From NCBI GenBank assembly GCA_964016885.1, contig OZ024742.1, positions 25,110,001 through 25,174,000 on the forward strand: a DNA stretch of 64,000 nucleotides, given 5' to 3'. The notes beneath the pieces are model-generated. The model searched no databases and was not told the DNA's origin. It saw only the letters and a program-made list of their open reading frames with translations. Origin of the DNA: Eledone cirrhosa (Eukaryota). A program made the translations under genes and the position numbers. Numbering within the stretch: the stretch's first letter is position 1; every line of letters starts with the position of its first letter. Below are positions 13,292 through 24,990 of the stretch, one piece after another.

Positions 13292-13724
13292 GATCATCAT
13301 CGTCACCGTTTTACATCGATGTTTCCACGCTAGCATAGATTAGACAAGTTGTTCTGTTGTGGGCAATGCTAGGTCAGGTGACAATGTCTTGCTCACACAG
13401 AACTAATTTTGGCTTGGTTTCTACAGCTGGATGCCCTTCCAAACACCAACCTCATTTACAGTGAGTACTGAGTGCTTTTTACTGTGGCACCTACATGAAC
13501 ACTTTACAGTGTGGACTGGGTGCTTTGTTGTGACACCTACTCGACCACTTTACAGTGGGAGGGGCGTGGAGGCATATTGTCTATATGCTTCAGCTTCGGC
13601 TTGTATCAGTGTGAACTCGGGTCTTCTGTATTACTGCAAAACGCTAGAGGTCTCGGTCCTGTGTTGTCTCCTTTGAGAGGTGTAGTTGTGTAAGGTCAGT
13701 TTCTATCCTCTCATTCCAGGTCTT
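13292..13724 (-). mobile_element. 5'-truncated RTE LINE (ORF end + 3' UTR)
   Basis: Colinear with 28075-28500, which is directly joined to RTE coding sequence. Confidence 0.75.
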
Positions 13725-13934
13725 TTGTGTGTGTGTGTGTGCATGCTTGTTCCTGTAACTATTGTTTTTTTTTAGGGATGCCATATAGACAAACGAGTTT
13801 CTTGGGCTTTTTTAAAATCTGGCAGAACTCATTCCTCTCCATATTTGAATACAGCAGATTTCTTCCAGAGAAGAATCGAGTGAGAGAGAGAAGGGACATG
13901 AGAAAGAGGAATGAGGAATATAGAGGAAGAACCA

Positions 13935-14090
13935 ACACCAGTACATAACTGGTATTAGTTTTATTGACCTCAAAATGATGAAAGGCAAAGTTGACCGTGG
14001 CAGGATTTGAACTCAGAGAGCAGAGTTCGGAAATGAATGCCGAGAAGCATTCTTTTCGATATTCTAATGACGTTGCTAATTCACCACCTT
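13935..14090 (-). mobile_element. Diverged Meta-like SINE
   Basis: gatgaaaggcaaagttgacc...ggatttgaactcag motif. Confidence 0.7.
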
Positions 14091-14192
14091 GTGTGTGTGT
14101 TGAACATTGACAATAAAACATAATTCAAAGATATGTTGTTAATTAGTTCATTTTCTAGTTTTATGATCACTTCAGAGGGTGATAGATCAGTG

Positions 14193-14388
14193 GTGATAGA
14201 TCAGGGATTTTGACAGTGTGATAGATCAGGGATTTTGACAGTGTGATAGATCAGGGATTTTGACAGTGTGATAGATCAGGGATTTTGACAGTGTGATAGA
14301 TCAGGGATTTTGACAGTGTGATAGATCAGGGATTTTGACAGTGTGATAGATCAGGGATTTTGACAGTGTAATAGATCAGGGATTTTGA
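14193..14388. repeat. 25-bp minisatellite, ~8 copies
   Basis: Unit gtgatagatcagggattttgacagt, nearly perfect. Confidence 0.95.
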
Positions 14389-14566
14389 GACTAATAGGTC
14401 GGAGCACAACCACTACCTGCTAGTTGATATATCGATCTACCATAGTAAATCAACCTCCTGAAACGATCATAAATCAATGAACTAAGTATGAACCTATCTT
14501 CGACTTTTGTTGAATTTTCATTGCTCAATACGTAAACACACACACACACACAAATATATATATATA

Positions 14567-14623
<57 letters not shown>

Positions 14624-14625
<2 letters not shown>

Positions 14626-14838
14626 ATGATATTAATAAATGGAAGCTATATTTATAAAACCATATTTATTTTATTATATTTATTTTAAGGGTACCAAAAA
14701 ACTTTGGTACGCTCTCATCAGATAAAATACAACATTTATTTTATAAATAGTGACATACCCCAGAAACCAGACCTTATCGGTTCAGGTTCCAAATGAGTGC
14801 TTCGAATCTGTTATAAATAAATTTGTTGAATTATCAGC

Positions 14839-14843
<5 letters not shown>
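14624..14843 (-). mobile_element. Short PLE-terminus-like fragment with degenerate hammerhead (14667-14729), flanked by (TA)n
   Basis: Homologous to 18145-18360 and 57405-57700. Minus strand has CTGATGA and the gtacca/tggtac stem, but GAAA reads AAAA. Confidence 0.7.
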
Positions 14844-14882
<39 letters not shown>

Positions 14883-15164
14883 TGACCCTGTAGCCTGAGT
14901 AGAATCTTCAGGAGAATCTTATGTGATGAGGGCCTACTCCAAAAACTATAGTACTCTCTACGTAATCTTATTGAACCCATCTCTTCAAGGCTGCATTGAG
15001 TTGTAACAGCATTATCAACCCTACCATAATCAGGTGGATACCAGAATATATATATACATACACATGCACACACACACACACACATATATATACACACACA
15101 CACACATACACACTCACACTTGTCGTTCTTTACAGAAGAAAACATTTGTTGTTTCAAAGTAAAA

Positions 15165-16530
15165 TGTATTGTAGTGGGATATAGAGAGCGGGAGAGAATT
15201 TGCTGGTTTAGTGAGAGGGTATTGTGAGTGTGAGAGAGGGTGAGGTATGTAGTGGAATATAGAGAGGGGGGATGATGTGTTGGTCTAGTGAGAGAGGGGG
15301 AATTGTGAGCGAGAGTGAGATATGTAGTGGGTTATAGAGAGGGGGAGAGAATGTATTAACCTAGTAAGAGAGGGGGAGTTAAGAGAGTGAAAGAGAGTGA
15401 GGTATGTAGTGGAATATAAAAGATGGGGAGAGAATTTGTTGCTTTAGTGAGAGGGGGAGAGAGTTTATTGTCCTAGTGAGAGAGGGGATATTGTGAGAGT
15501 GAGAGAGTGAGGCATACCGTGGAATATAAAGAGAATTTGGTGGTCTAGTGAGAGAGGGGGAATGAAGAGAGTGAGTAATGTAGTTGAATATAGAGAGGGG
15601 GAGAGAGTTTATTGGCCTAGTGAGAGAGGAGGTATTGTGAGAGCGAGAGTGTGTGAGGCATACTATGGAATATAAAAAGGGGAAGAGAATTTGGTGGTCT
15701 TAGTGAGAGAGTGAGTTATGTAGTGTTACAGAGTGAGAGGGAGTGATTTTGTTCCTTTAGTGCGAGAGGAGGAATTGTGAGAGAGAGAGTGAGGCATGTA
15801 GGGAGATATAGAGAGGAGGAAGTGAGAGAGAGAGTAAGGTATGTAGTGGGATATAGTGAGGGGGAGAGAGTTTATTGTTTTAGTGAGAGAGGGTGAGATA
15901 TGTAGTAGGTTAGAGAGAGAGGGAGATGGTTTGTTGGTGTAGTGAGAGAAGGGAAATTAAGTGAATGGGTGAGAGTGGGGTATGTAGTAGGATATAGTGA
16001 GGGAGTGTCGTATGTATTGGTAGAGAGAGAGGGGGAGAGAGTTTGTTGGTTTAGTGAGGGATGGGGAATTGTAAGAGAGAATGAGGTATGTAGTGAGATA
16101 TAGAGAGGGAGATACTGTCGTGGTCTATTGAGAGACGGGGGAATTGTGAGAGTGAGTGAGCTATGTATTGGGATATAAGAGAATGTGTTGGTTGAGTGAG
16201 AGTGAGGTTATTATGAGAATGAGGTATGTAGTGGAATATAGTGAGGGGGAGAGAATTTGTTGCTCTAGTGAGAGAAAGGAGTTAAGAGAGTGAGGTACGC
16301 AGTGGAGTACAGAGAGGGGGCGATAATTTGGTGCTCTAGTGAGAGTGGGGGAATTGTGAGAGAGTGTGAGGTATGTAGTGGCATATAGAGAGGGAGAGAG
16401 AGTTTATTAGCCTGGTGAGAAAGGGGGAGTTGTGAGAGTAAGAGAGAGTGAGGCATGTAGTGGTATATAGAGAAGGTGAGAAAGGTATAATAGTTTAATG
16501 AGAGAGGGGTAATATTTTGAGAGAGAGTGA
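15165..16530. repeat. Degenerate purine-rich (GA) minisatellite, ~70-bp unit
   Basis: Recurring gagagtgaggtatgtagtggaatatagagaggggga...ttggtctagtgagaga. Confidence 0.9.
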
Positions 16531-16679
16531 CAAAATTATTGTACGATAGAAGAAAAAATTATTACGTTTCGCAGTAATGTGGCTGTATGAATGTGTGTGT
16601 TTATATGTGTGCGCGTATTCATGTGTGTGTGTTTGTATATATATATGTCTGTGTGTGTTTATATATATATTTATGTGTG

Positions 16680-16990
16680 TGAAAGTGCATGGTTAGTGTG
16701 TTCGGCTTACAATCGTAAGGGCGTAAGTTCGATTCCCGGTGGTACGTTGTGTCTGTGAGCAAGCTACTTTATTTCACGTTGCTCCAGTCCACTCAACTGG
16801 CAAAAATAAGTTGTACCTGTACTTTGAAGGACCAGCCTTGTATACTGTGTCACACTGAATCTCCCTGAGAACTACGCAAAGGGTTCACGTGTCTGTGAAT
16901 GCTCAGCCACTTGCACGTTAATTTCAGGTGTAGGCTGTTCAGTTGATAGTATCAATTGGAACACTCGTCATAACCGACGGATTGACTCCT
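16680..16990 (+). mobile_element. tRNA-head CORE-like SINE with a third tail type
   Basis: B-box agttcgattcc; core tgagcaagctactttatttcacgttgctccagtccactca. Confidence 0.75.
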
Positions 16991-17340
16991 TTTATGTATA
17001 TATATATATATAAATGAAAGGTATAGAAATTGTTTTAGCGATAAGCTAACAGTATTCCATAACATATATGCGACTATGTCGTCAAGATGGGAAAAATAGT
17101 TAACGTAAGATGTAGGAAAAATAATTCAAACTCATCTCAAAAGAGAATCAGGATATAAATTTATCCACAGAATTTAGTGAAATCCAGGGAAAAATTAATA
17201 GAGCCTTAACTCATGATAAAATAAAGTCTAAAATACTTATCCTTCAATTTGGAAAAACATCAAATGCTCTATATATGACAAGTAAGTATATTTTGAAACA
17301 GTGAGCAGGTTTGAAATTAGAAAATAGAATAGCCTTCACC

Positions 17341-17432
<92 letters not shown>

Positions 17433-17466
17433 ATGTATGTATGTATGTATATATATATATATATAA

Positions 17467-17552
17467 GAACGAGTAGGACCCCGACGGCTGAGCACAAGCC
17501 GTTTCGACGGCTAATTCTGGACTAAATGGAGCCGTCGGGGTCCTACTCGTTC
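17467..17552 (-). other. Hammerhead-like three-way junction lacking CUGANGA
   Basis: Minus strand: 16-bp stem I, 7-bp stem II (gacggct/agccgtc), GAAA-cggct-loop-agccg-TC. Confidence 0.6.
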
Positions 17553-17632
17553 CTATTACCCACTCTACTACCCTAAGTATTGAGTACTTTGGTGCGTTAT
17601 GGTCCACCTGGTTCCTTACCACATTTCTTCCG

Positions 17633-17675
<43 letters not shown>

Positions 17676-17687
17676 TATATATATATA

Positions 17688-17880
17688 CGAGGGCAATCCC
17701 AAAAGTAAGGTCTCCTTCTGATATTGCAAATTCCGATATTGAAATTTTTCCTTTAAAATCCTGTTGATGGTGCTTCGGGAAACTTCATGGATCCAAATTA
17801 CAGAAAGCATCCAGAGTGATCCGCCGATCTTTACGTATATTTTCCTCGGAAGGAGACCTTACTTTTGGGATTGCTCTCTA
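17688..17880. mobile_element. Mariner-type MITE
   Basis: TIRs cgagggcaatcccaaaagtaaggtctccttc / gaaggagaccttacttttgggattgctctc; TA flanks. Confidence 0.85.
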
Positions 17881-18095
17881 TATAATAACTACGCGAAATT
17901 CGCACTTGGCGGTAGCGTTCAACGGGAGCTCCATTCTCAACGGCTGCCAAGACAAGATTGAGCATCCCAGCGAAGCGCGAGCATGCTTGTTTGGGAGTGA
18001 AGGAAGCACCAATCACAACAGTGTTGCCAACAGCCGTACGAACAGTTTCTCTGCGTCTCCATCGCTTTGGAAACCTTACTTTGGGGATTACCCTC

Positions 18096-18096
<1 letters not shown>
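17881..18096 (-). mobile_element. 5' end of a related mariner, including the transposase start
   Basis: TIR cgagggtaatccccaaagtaaggtttcc ends at 18096. Minus-strand MELPLNATAKCEFRVVI resembles mariner transposase N-termini (AKCEVRSVI). Confidence 0.75.
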
Positions 18097-18144
<48 letters not shown>

Positions 18145-18360
18145 GAAGTTATATTTAATTTGTTGGGATTCAACAAGCTTAAAAATGTTATAACTGATAT
18201 AAAGCACTCAACAATTTACTGGAGTAAATATTCAATATATTAATAAATGGGAACTATATTTATAAAACCATAATTATTTTATTATATATATTTCAAGGAA
18301 GGTCAACCAAGTCAGTTTTGGTGTGCTTTCATCAGATAATTTTGTATTTTATCTGATGTT
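18145..18360 (-). mobile_element. Short PLE-terminus-like fragment with minimal hammerhead (18277-18340), flanked by (TA)n
   Basis: Minus strand: ttat-CTGATGA-aag...ctt-GAAA-tatata-TA-ataa. Same family as the 14624 and 57405 copies. Confidence 0.7.
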
Positions 18361-18362
18361 TT

Positions 18363-18451
<89 letters not shown>

Positions 18452-19122
18452 GTAATCTAAAACGAGAAAGAAAGAACCACTATCAACTCGGTTACCATGA
18501 ATATATAATCAACCGTAAAAAACATAAATGGCTTTTAATATTGCTTTATTTTATGAATATCTACGGGAAAAACGTTAGAATGAATGATAATATTTCAATT
18601 ACCATGCCTAAACATTGATACACACAACTTTATTTGTTAACTTTGATCAACACCTTCATTTATCTATAATTTAGTACAATACCTAATCCTTACATATCTA
18701 TTGAATTTATTTAACTTGATTTTTAATACATTTGTAATCTCTTTTAAATTTTAGTTTTAATACCCAATCCAAAAATTTTACGAAACTTATCTATAACTCC
18801 AAATGTTAAATTGACTTTTTGATCTATTATTTATAGTATAATATAGCATATACTTCTTTTAAATATACTTACTGCACTATAATATCTAAATTTGAGACGG
18901 ATTCAAACTTATATATAAATGTGAACTTTTTCGATATCTTATTTATTTATTTATAATATAATGTATTATAATATATATGTAGTTATATATTGTATTTTAT
19001 ATATTTTTAAATATACCTACCATACTTCTATATACATGATTCAAATATAGAGAAAATATTCAAACTAAAAATTATTATAGACATTATTTTGAATTTTATA
19101 CATGCACTCATTGTTCGTTTTT

Positions 19123-19162
<40 letters not shown>

Positions 19163-19886
19163 AATGTAACACGTTGTTAAGAGTATAACTGTTATCATTT
19201 ACCTAAAGTATACTACATTAATAATACCTAATATATATCTATATATATACATCCCTATATCTAATAATTGTTTATACTTTAGGCACAAGGCCAGTAATGA
19301 CCCAGTGCATTACTGGTACTTTATTTTATCGACCCCGTAAGGATGAAAGGCAACTTGGTTATACATATCTATAAATTTTATCCGTAACATATTTTATTTT
19401 ATTTTTACCTTATACATACTCATTAATATATACCTATATACATAATAGTTATTCAAATATTTATAACAATAAGTACTTCAAAAGCTTTACATACATAATA
19501 TGTTGAGATATTTGTTAAAGTTTAGATTTAGGTAATTAATCAACAGTATAATATTTCATTCTTTACATGCCAGCTAAATCCTTTAAAACGTTATTCTCAC
19601 AATTCAGAAGTTTAGAAATGATAACACACTTATTGAATTTATATAAATAATATATAAATAAGTAGCAAATAATCCTGAAATCCGGAGTCTTCACATTAAT
19701 AATATAAATTAAATATTTCCAAATTCTAACCGTTTAACTTATTTTTCGTTGAGTGCTTCCAATCTACTGTAAAACTCATTCTTTTACATAATCATCGAAT
19801 ATTGTTTAACAACTTAATACTTATATATATATATGTGTGTTATGGAATACTGTTAGCTTCTCGCTACAACAACTTCTATACTTTTC

Positions 19887-19921
<35 letters not shown>

Positions 19922-20009
19922 CATGTTTACTTAAAATTATTTTTAGATAATTAAAATATACACAGACATGTACATAATGTCAAATGAAATTGGAAGGCCT
20001 ATATATATA

Positions 20010-20390
20010 TCATCATCATCATCACTATCATCACCGTTTTACGTCCGTTCTTCCACGCTAGCATGGGTGGGACGGGTTGTCCAGTTGTAGGCAGTGTCCG
20101 TTGGCTGACCTTGTCTTGCTCATACGGGAACTGATTCTGCCTTGATTTCTACAGCGGGATGCCCTTCCATACACTGAGTACTGAGTGCCTTTTCTCAGTG
20201 GCACCTACACGTCCACTTTATAGTGTGGACTGGGTGTTTTTTTGCCGTGGCACCTCCACAACCAATTTTCAGTGGGAGGGGGATGCGGCATATTATCTAT
20301 ATGCTTCAGCTTCGGCTTATACTCGTGGGAAGTCAGGTTTTCTGTATTACTGCGTGACACCAGAGGTCACGGTCGTCGTGTCATCGCCTT
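20010..20390 (-). mobile_element. 5'-truncated RTE 3' UTR copy
   Basis: Colinear with 28075-28440; (cat)n tail at the left end. Confidence 0.75.
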
Positions 20391-20746
20391 TATATATATA
20401 CACATATATATATATATATATATGCGTGTGTGTGTGTATACATTTATATATACATATGCGTGTGTGTCTATATGTGTATACATTTATATATATACTGGTC
20501 ACACACGTATACACATACACACGCACACACACACATACATATATATGCACACACACTTAGGAACCCTTCCTACTTAGCAGGAAATATTCGCTACACCCAT
20601 CTTGTCATAACAAATGGTATATGACACACAACTTAATATTCTGTCACCAAATTCGAACTAGATACAGTAATGCTGTATTCGATTTTTGAAGTCACTTGTT
20701 ATAATTTCTATCAACAACATCACCATCTCTCTCTGTTTCTCTTCCA

Positions 20747-20826
<80 letters not shown>

Positions 20827-21188
20827 GTATGTCTCTGTTTTAATCTACTCTTTCACTTTTATGAAGATACCCGGAAAAACCCATCTCTCGGCAAAAAAAT
20901 GCTCAGATTTACGTGAAACTTGTTTTATTTCATTTGAATTCCAATTTCAGGTATTTTTCCCTTATGCGCCAGTTTGGCTGTATTAAATTACATACAAGCA
21001 CACAATCAGAGAGTTTTAGTAGTATATAGATAAATATATATATATATATTTATATATACATATATATACATATAATGTGTGTGTGTCTGAGAGAGAGAGA
21101 GAGTCCCAGATTCAATTGGGGGTAACCACAGTTAGTGAAGTACACAATACATTTGTAGTGTAAACATCAGGTTTAATATAGAAATGTC

Positions 21189-21254
21189 TTCTACAGGACT
21201 AGAACTGTTTCAATCATGATCTCTTTTGAATGAAACAGTTCTAGTCCCGTAGAA
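21189..21254 (-). other. 66-nt near-perfect hairpin (pre-miRNA-like)
   Basis: 24-bp stem ttctacaggactagaactgtttca / tgaaacagttctagtcccgtagaa. The single mismatch becomes a G-U pair on the minus strand. Confidence 0.45.
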
Positions 21255-21934
21255 TATAATACTGAAATATGTATGAACACACACACACACACACACATGT
21301 ATATGCACACAAAAATACACGCACACATGTAATTGTTGTTGTTGACTGTTTGTACAAGAACGTCTATTCCCACCTTTTCTTTGTACTTTATTTAATAAAT
21401 GAAAAAGAATGTATATGTATATATATATGTGTGTGTACATACATATATGGAAATATTTGTATTTATATGTACATATATTTAAATATATTCTCCTTTCCTG
21501 AATTTTATTTTAATTCTTTTCTCAAATAGATACTCTCTTCTTTATACCATACTTATAGTTTTTCAGTTTGGGCAATATTATGAATTATTGTAGCCAAATG
21601 TTAGTGTAGTGAATTCTTTTATTTTTCATATATTTTTATGATTATTTATATTGGTAATTTATAAAAATCTTTTCTATATTTAAACATTTTTTATTTACCT
21701 TTTATGAGACAAATATATTCCTAAAGCAACCTCTCATACACTGGGTAACATTGTAGTTATTAATTTATAGTGTGGTCACTCCACTTGATATCTTTCATTA
21801 ACATATTTCTTATGAAAGATATTACATATGAGATTGAATTAATTTTGAAAAGAAGATTTTGTATAATTTTAGTAATATAATGTTTTCAATATTAATCTGG
21901 TCTTTAATATTGAGAACAGTATATTGAGAACATT

Positions 21935-23180
21935 ATGCTTTGCAGCAAAGAGTTACGGCCCTTTATGGTCTGAGTTCAAATCCCACTGAGGTTAACTTTG
22001 CCTTTCATCCTTACGGGGTCAATAAAATAAAGTACCAGTAATGCACTGGGTTAATTGCTATTCTTGTGCCAAAAGTAGAAACAATATTAATCTGTTCTAT
22101 AGAATATAATTCATCCTTTCAGTTATCCTTTATAAGAGAGGTTTATACATGTGCATGGTATGGTCCTGTAACTCCTGGTAGTTGTAGGGGGGCTGTATTG
22201 TCATACAGTGTTACTTGGGAATTGTAAGTCTGGTCGACCCCATCCCTCTCCAAACTTGAGAACAACAGATTTCTTCCAGAGAGAGAAAGAATCGACCCCA
22301 GTACTAGACTGGTACTTTTTTATTGACCTTGAAAGGATGAAAATTGAAGTTGACCTCGGCAGCGTTTTAACTCAGAGAGCAGAGAGCCAGAATGAATACC
22401 ATAAAGTATTCTATCCGATGCTGTATATACACATGATCAATACATATATAATATATATTTATCATTTAATGTCAGTTGTCCCTTATATATGTATATACTA
22501 TGTGTACAACCCATGCAAATGCTGAAAAACAGACATACAAACAATGTTGATGATGAACCAGTACATAAATAATTGTCTCTAATTTAGGCACAAGGCCAGC
22601 AATTACCCAGTGCATTACTGGTACTTTATTTTATCGACCCCGTAAGGATGAAAGGCAAAGTCAACCTCGGCGGGATTTGAACTCAGATCGTAAAGGGACG
22701 TAACTATGCTGGAAAGCATGGCGTCCGACCCTCTACTGATACTGCCAATCCACCGAAATAATATTATTTAACACTGATTTCTAAAATATTTGACAGGCAG
22801 TTTGAAAATGGCACCTAAATTTCACCTCGGGTCTCATGTTTGATTGCCCACAACGTTCACAGGCCTGAAATTATTAAGTCATACACTATCCACAGTATTC
22901 TTTCATATTGCTATATAATTTAAGTGAAGCAATTTATTTGCAATTTCTAGCAAATCATATGAACTCATAGATATACCCTTCTTAATAATAATTGTTTCTA
23001 CTTTTGGCACAAGGCCAGCAATTATCCCAGTGCGTAACTGGTACTTTATTTTATCAACCCCGAAAGGATGAAAAGTAAAGTTAACCTCGGCGAGATTTGA
23101 ACTCAGATCATAAAGGGCAGTAACTCTATGCTGCAAAGCATGGCATCCGTCCCTCTACCGATACTGCCAATCCACCGCCC
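21935..23180. mobile_element. Four Meta-like SINE copies (about 21935-22085 +, 22295-22420 -, 22571-22756 -, 22990-23180 -)
   Basis: Same core and B-box as 9615-9800. Confidence 0.8.
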
Positions 23181-23282
23181 TGTACATAGAATAATGTTCA
23201 AATGTCAGGAAAATGAACAGTGCATGAGTCATGAAATTTATGTGTGCGTGTGTATGGAGGGGGTTATCAGGTGTAGTGTTGG

Positions 23283-23500
23283 CGAATTTCAGGAAGCATG
23301 GAGGTTTTAAAGGATGCAGTGTCTCGACAGTGTAATAACTGATGCAGGTAGTTTGTTCCATGCTTCAGTAACTCTGAGCGTGAAAAAATGTTTCCGAAAT
23401 TTGGGAGCTGTGTTTTCTGACTTTGTAGGCATGCCCATGTGTGTTAGAAACATGGGAATCAAAAAGGTGCTCAGGGTTGTTGTTGGTAAGATGGTTAATA
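23283..23500 (-). mobile_element. CR1/L2-group LINE 3' fragment
   Basis: Minus strand KFRKHFFTLRVTEAWNKLPASVI matches the HFFxxRVxxxWNxLP terminal motif. Confidence 0.8.
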
Positions 23501-23686
23501 ATTTTTTGGGTGTTCTTGGCTTAGTCCTTCTCTGTTCTGTTGCTAAAAATAGGTAAAAACAGGAGTTCTTGAAATAGCTAAAAACAGGAGTCTTAAACAC
23601 AAGTCGGTTTGTCAAGGAATAATATACATTGTCATATGAAAAATAATTTTGAACCTTTTGTGTAGGAAGAATATACTGAACTACTC

Positions 23687-23722
<36 letters not shown>

Positions 23723-24314
23723 CATACATACATTACTATATCTCTCTCTCTATATATATATATATATATAGATATATAGATATATGATATACACTTAAAG
23801 AATGTCACAAAAAACAAGCTAACAAAAACAGTCATATACTGAGGCTATTGAATAAACCATTTCAGTGTTCTTTGAAAACAATATGTTATATAATTCTATT
23901 TCTGAATATATATTTTGTGTTGCTCTTCAATTTGAATAATCTTATGTAAAAAAAAATATATTTATCTTTTGCTCTGGAATCTAAATAATTCTGTATATAA
24001 ATACATATTTATCATTTATTTTAAAATTTAAAATTTCTCTATATGAATATGTATTTATCATTACCCTAAATCTGTCTCTGTGTGATTACACACACACTCA
24101 CACACACAGATATAATATGTGTGTGAATGTCATAAGCAAAACTGTCACAATATTTGCAAGAGAACAACTCAAGAAGAAACTCATATTCAATAGACATACT
24201 ATAAGTATTATTAGAGTTCGGGTTTCAGTTAATAATCTAAAAAAATATTTTAAAAACCAAGTATCCCTAACACTCTAACAGGGCGTATGATGATGATGAT
24301 GATGATGATGAATA

Positions 24315-24990
24315 GGATGGTGGATTGGCAGTATCAGTAGAGGGTTGGATGCCATGCTTTGCAGCAAAGAGTTATGGCCCTTTATGGTCTGAGTTCAAAT
24401 CCCACCGAGGTTACACTTTGCTTTTCATCCTTATGGGGTCGATAAAATAAAGTACCAGTAATACACTGGGATAATTGCTGGCCTTGTGCCAAAAGTAGAA
24501 ACATTATATATACTATTATATTTCCATAGTAAAGGCTTTCATCATAATCATTTTTACGTCTGCTTTTCCCTGCTTGCAAGGGTGGGACGGGAACTGATTC
24601 TGGCTTGATTTCTACAGTTGGATGCTCTTCCTAACACCAACCTCATTTACAGTGGGTGCTGGGTGCTTTTTTTCCATGGTGCCTACACGTCCACTTTACA
24701 GTGTGGGCTGGGTGCTTTTTTGCCTTGGCACCTCCACATCCACTTTGCAGTGGAATGATATGGACCCCAGTCCTATCATCTCATTTCTACAGCTGAGTAA
24801 ACTGGAGAAATACATTTGGCACAAGGCCAGCAATAACCCAGTGCATTACTGGTACTTTATTTTATCGACCTCGTAAGGATGAAAGGTAAAGTTAACCTCG
24901 GCGGGATTTGAACTCAGAATGGCAAGGGCCGTAACTCTATGCGTCAAACAAAGCGTCCAACCCTCTACCGATACTGCCAATCTACCACCC
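24315..24990. mobile_element. SINE cluster: Meta-like (+, 24315-24505), CORE/RTE-tail (-, 24540-24808), Meta-like (-, 24815-24990)
   Basis: Direct similarity to other copies in the window. Confidence 0.8.

Noticed and set aside
19590-19700. Possible further hammerhead (gaaatccggagtc)
   Set aside because: No CUGANGA core or convincing stem I found upstream.
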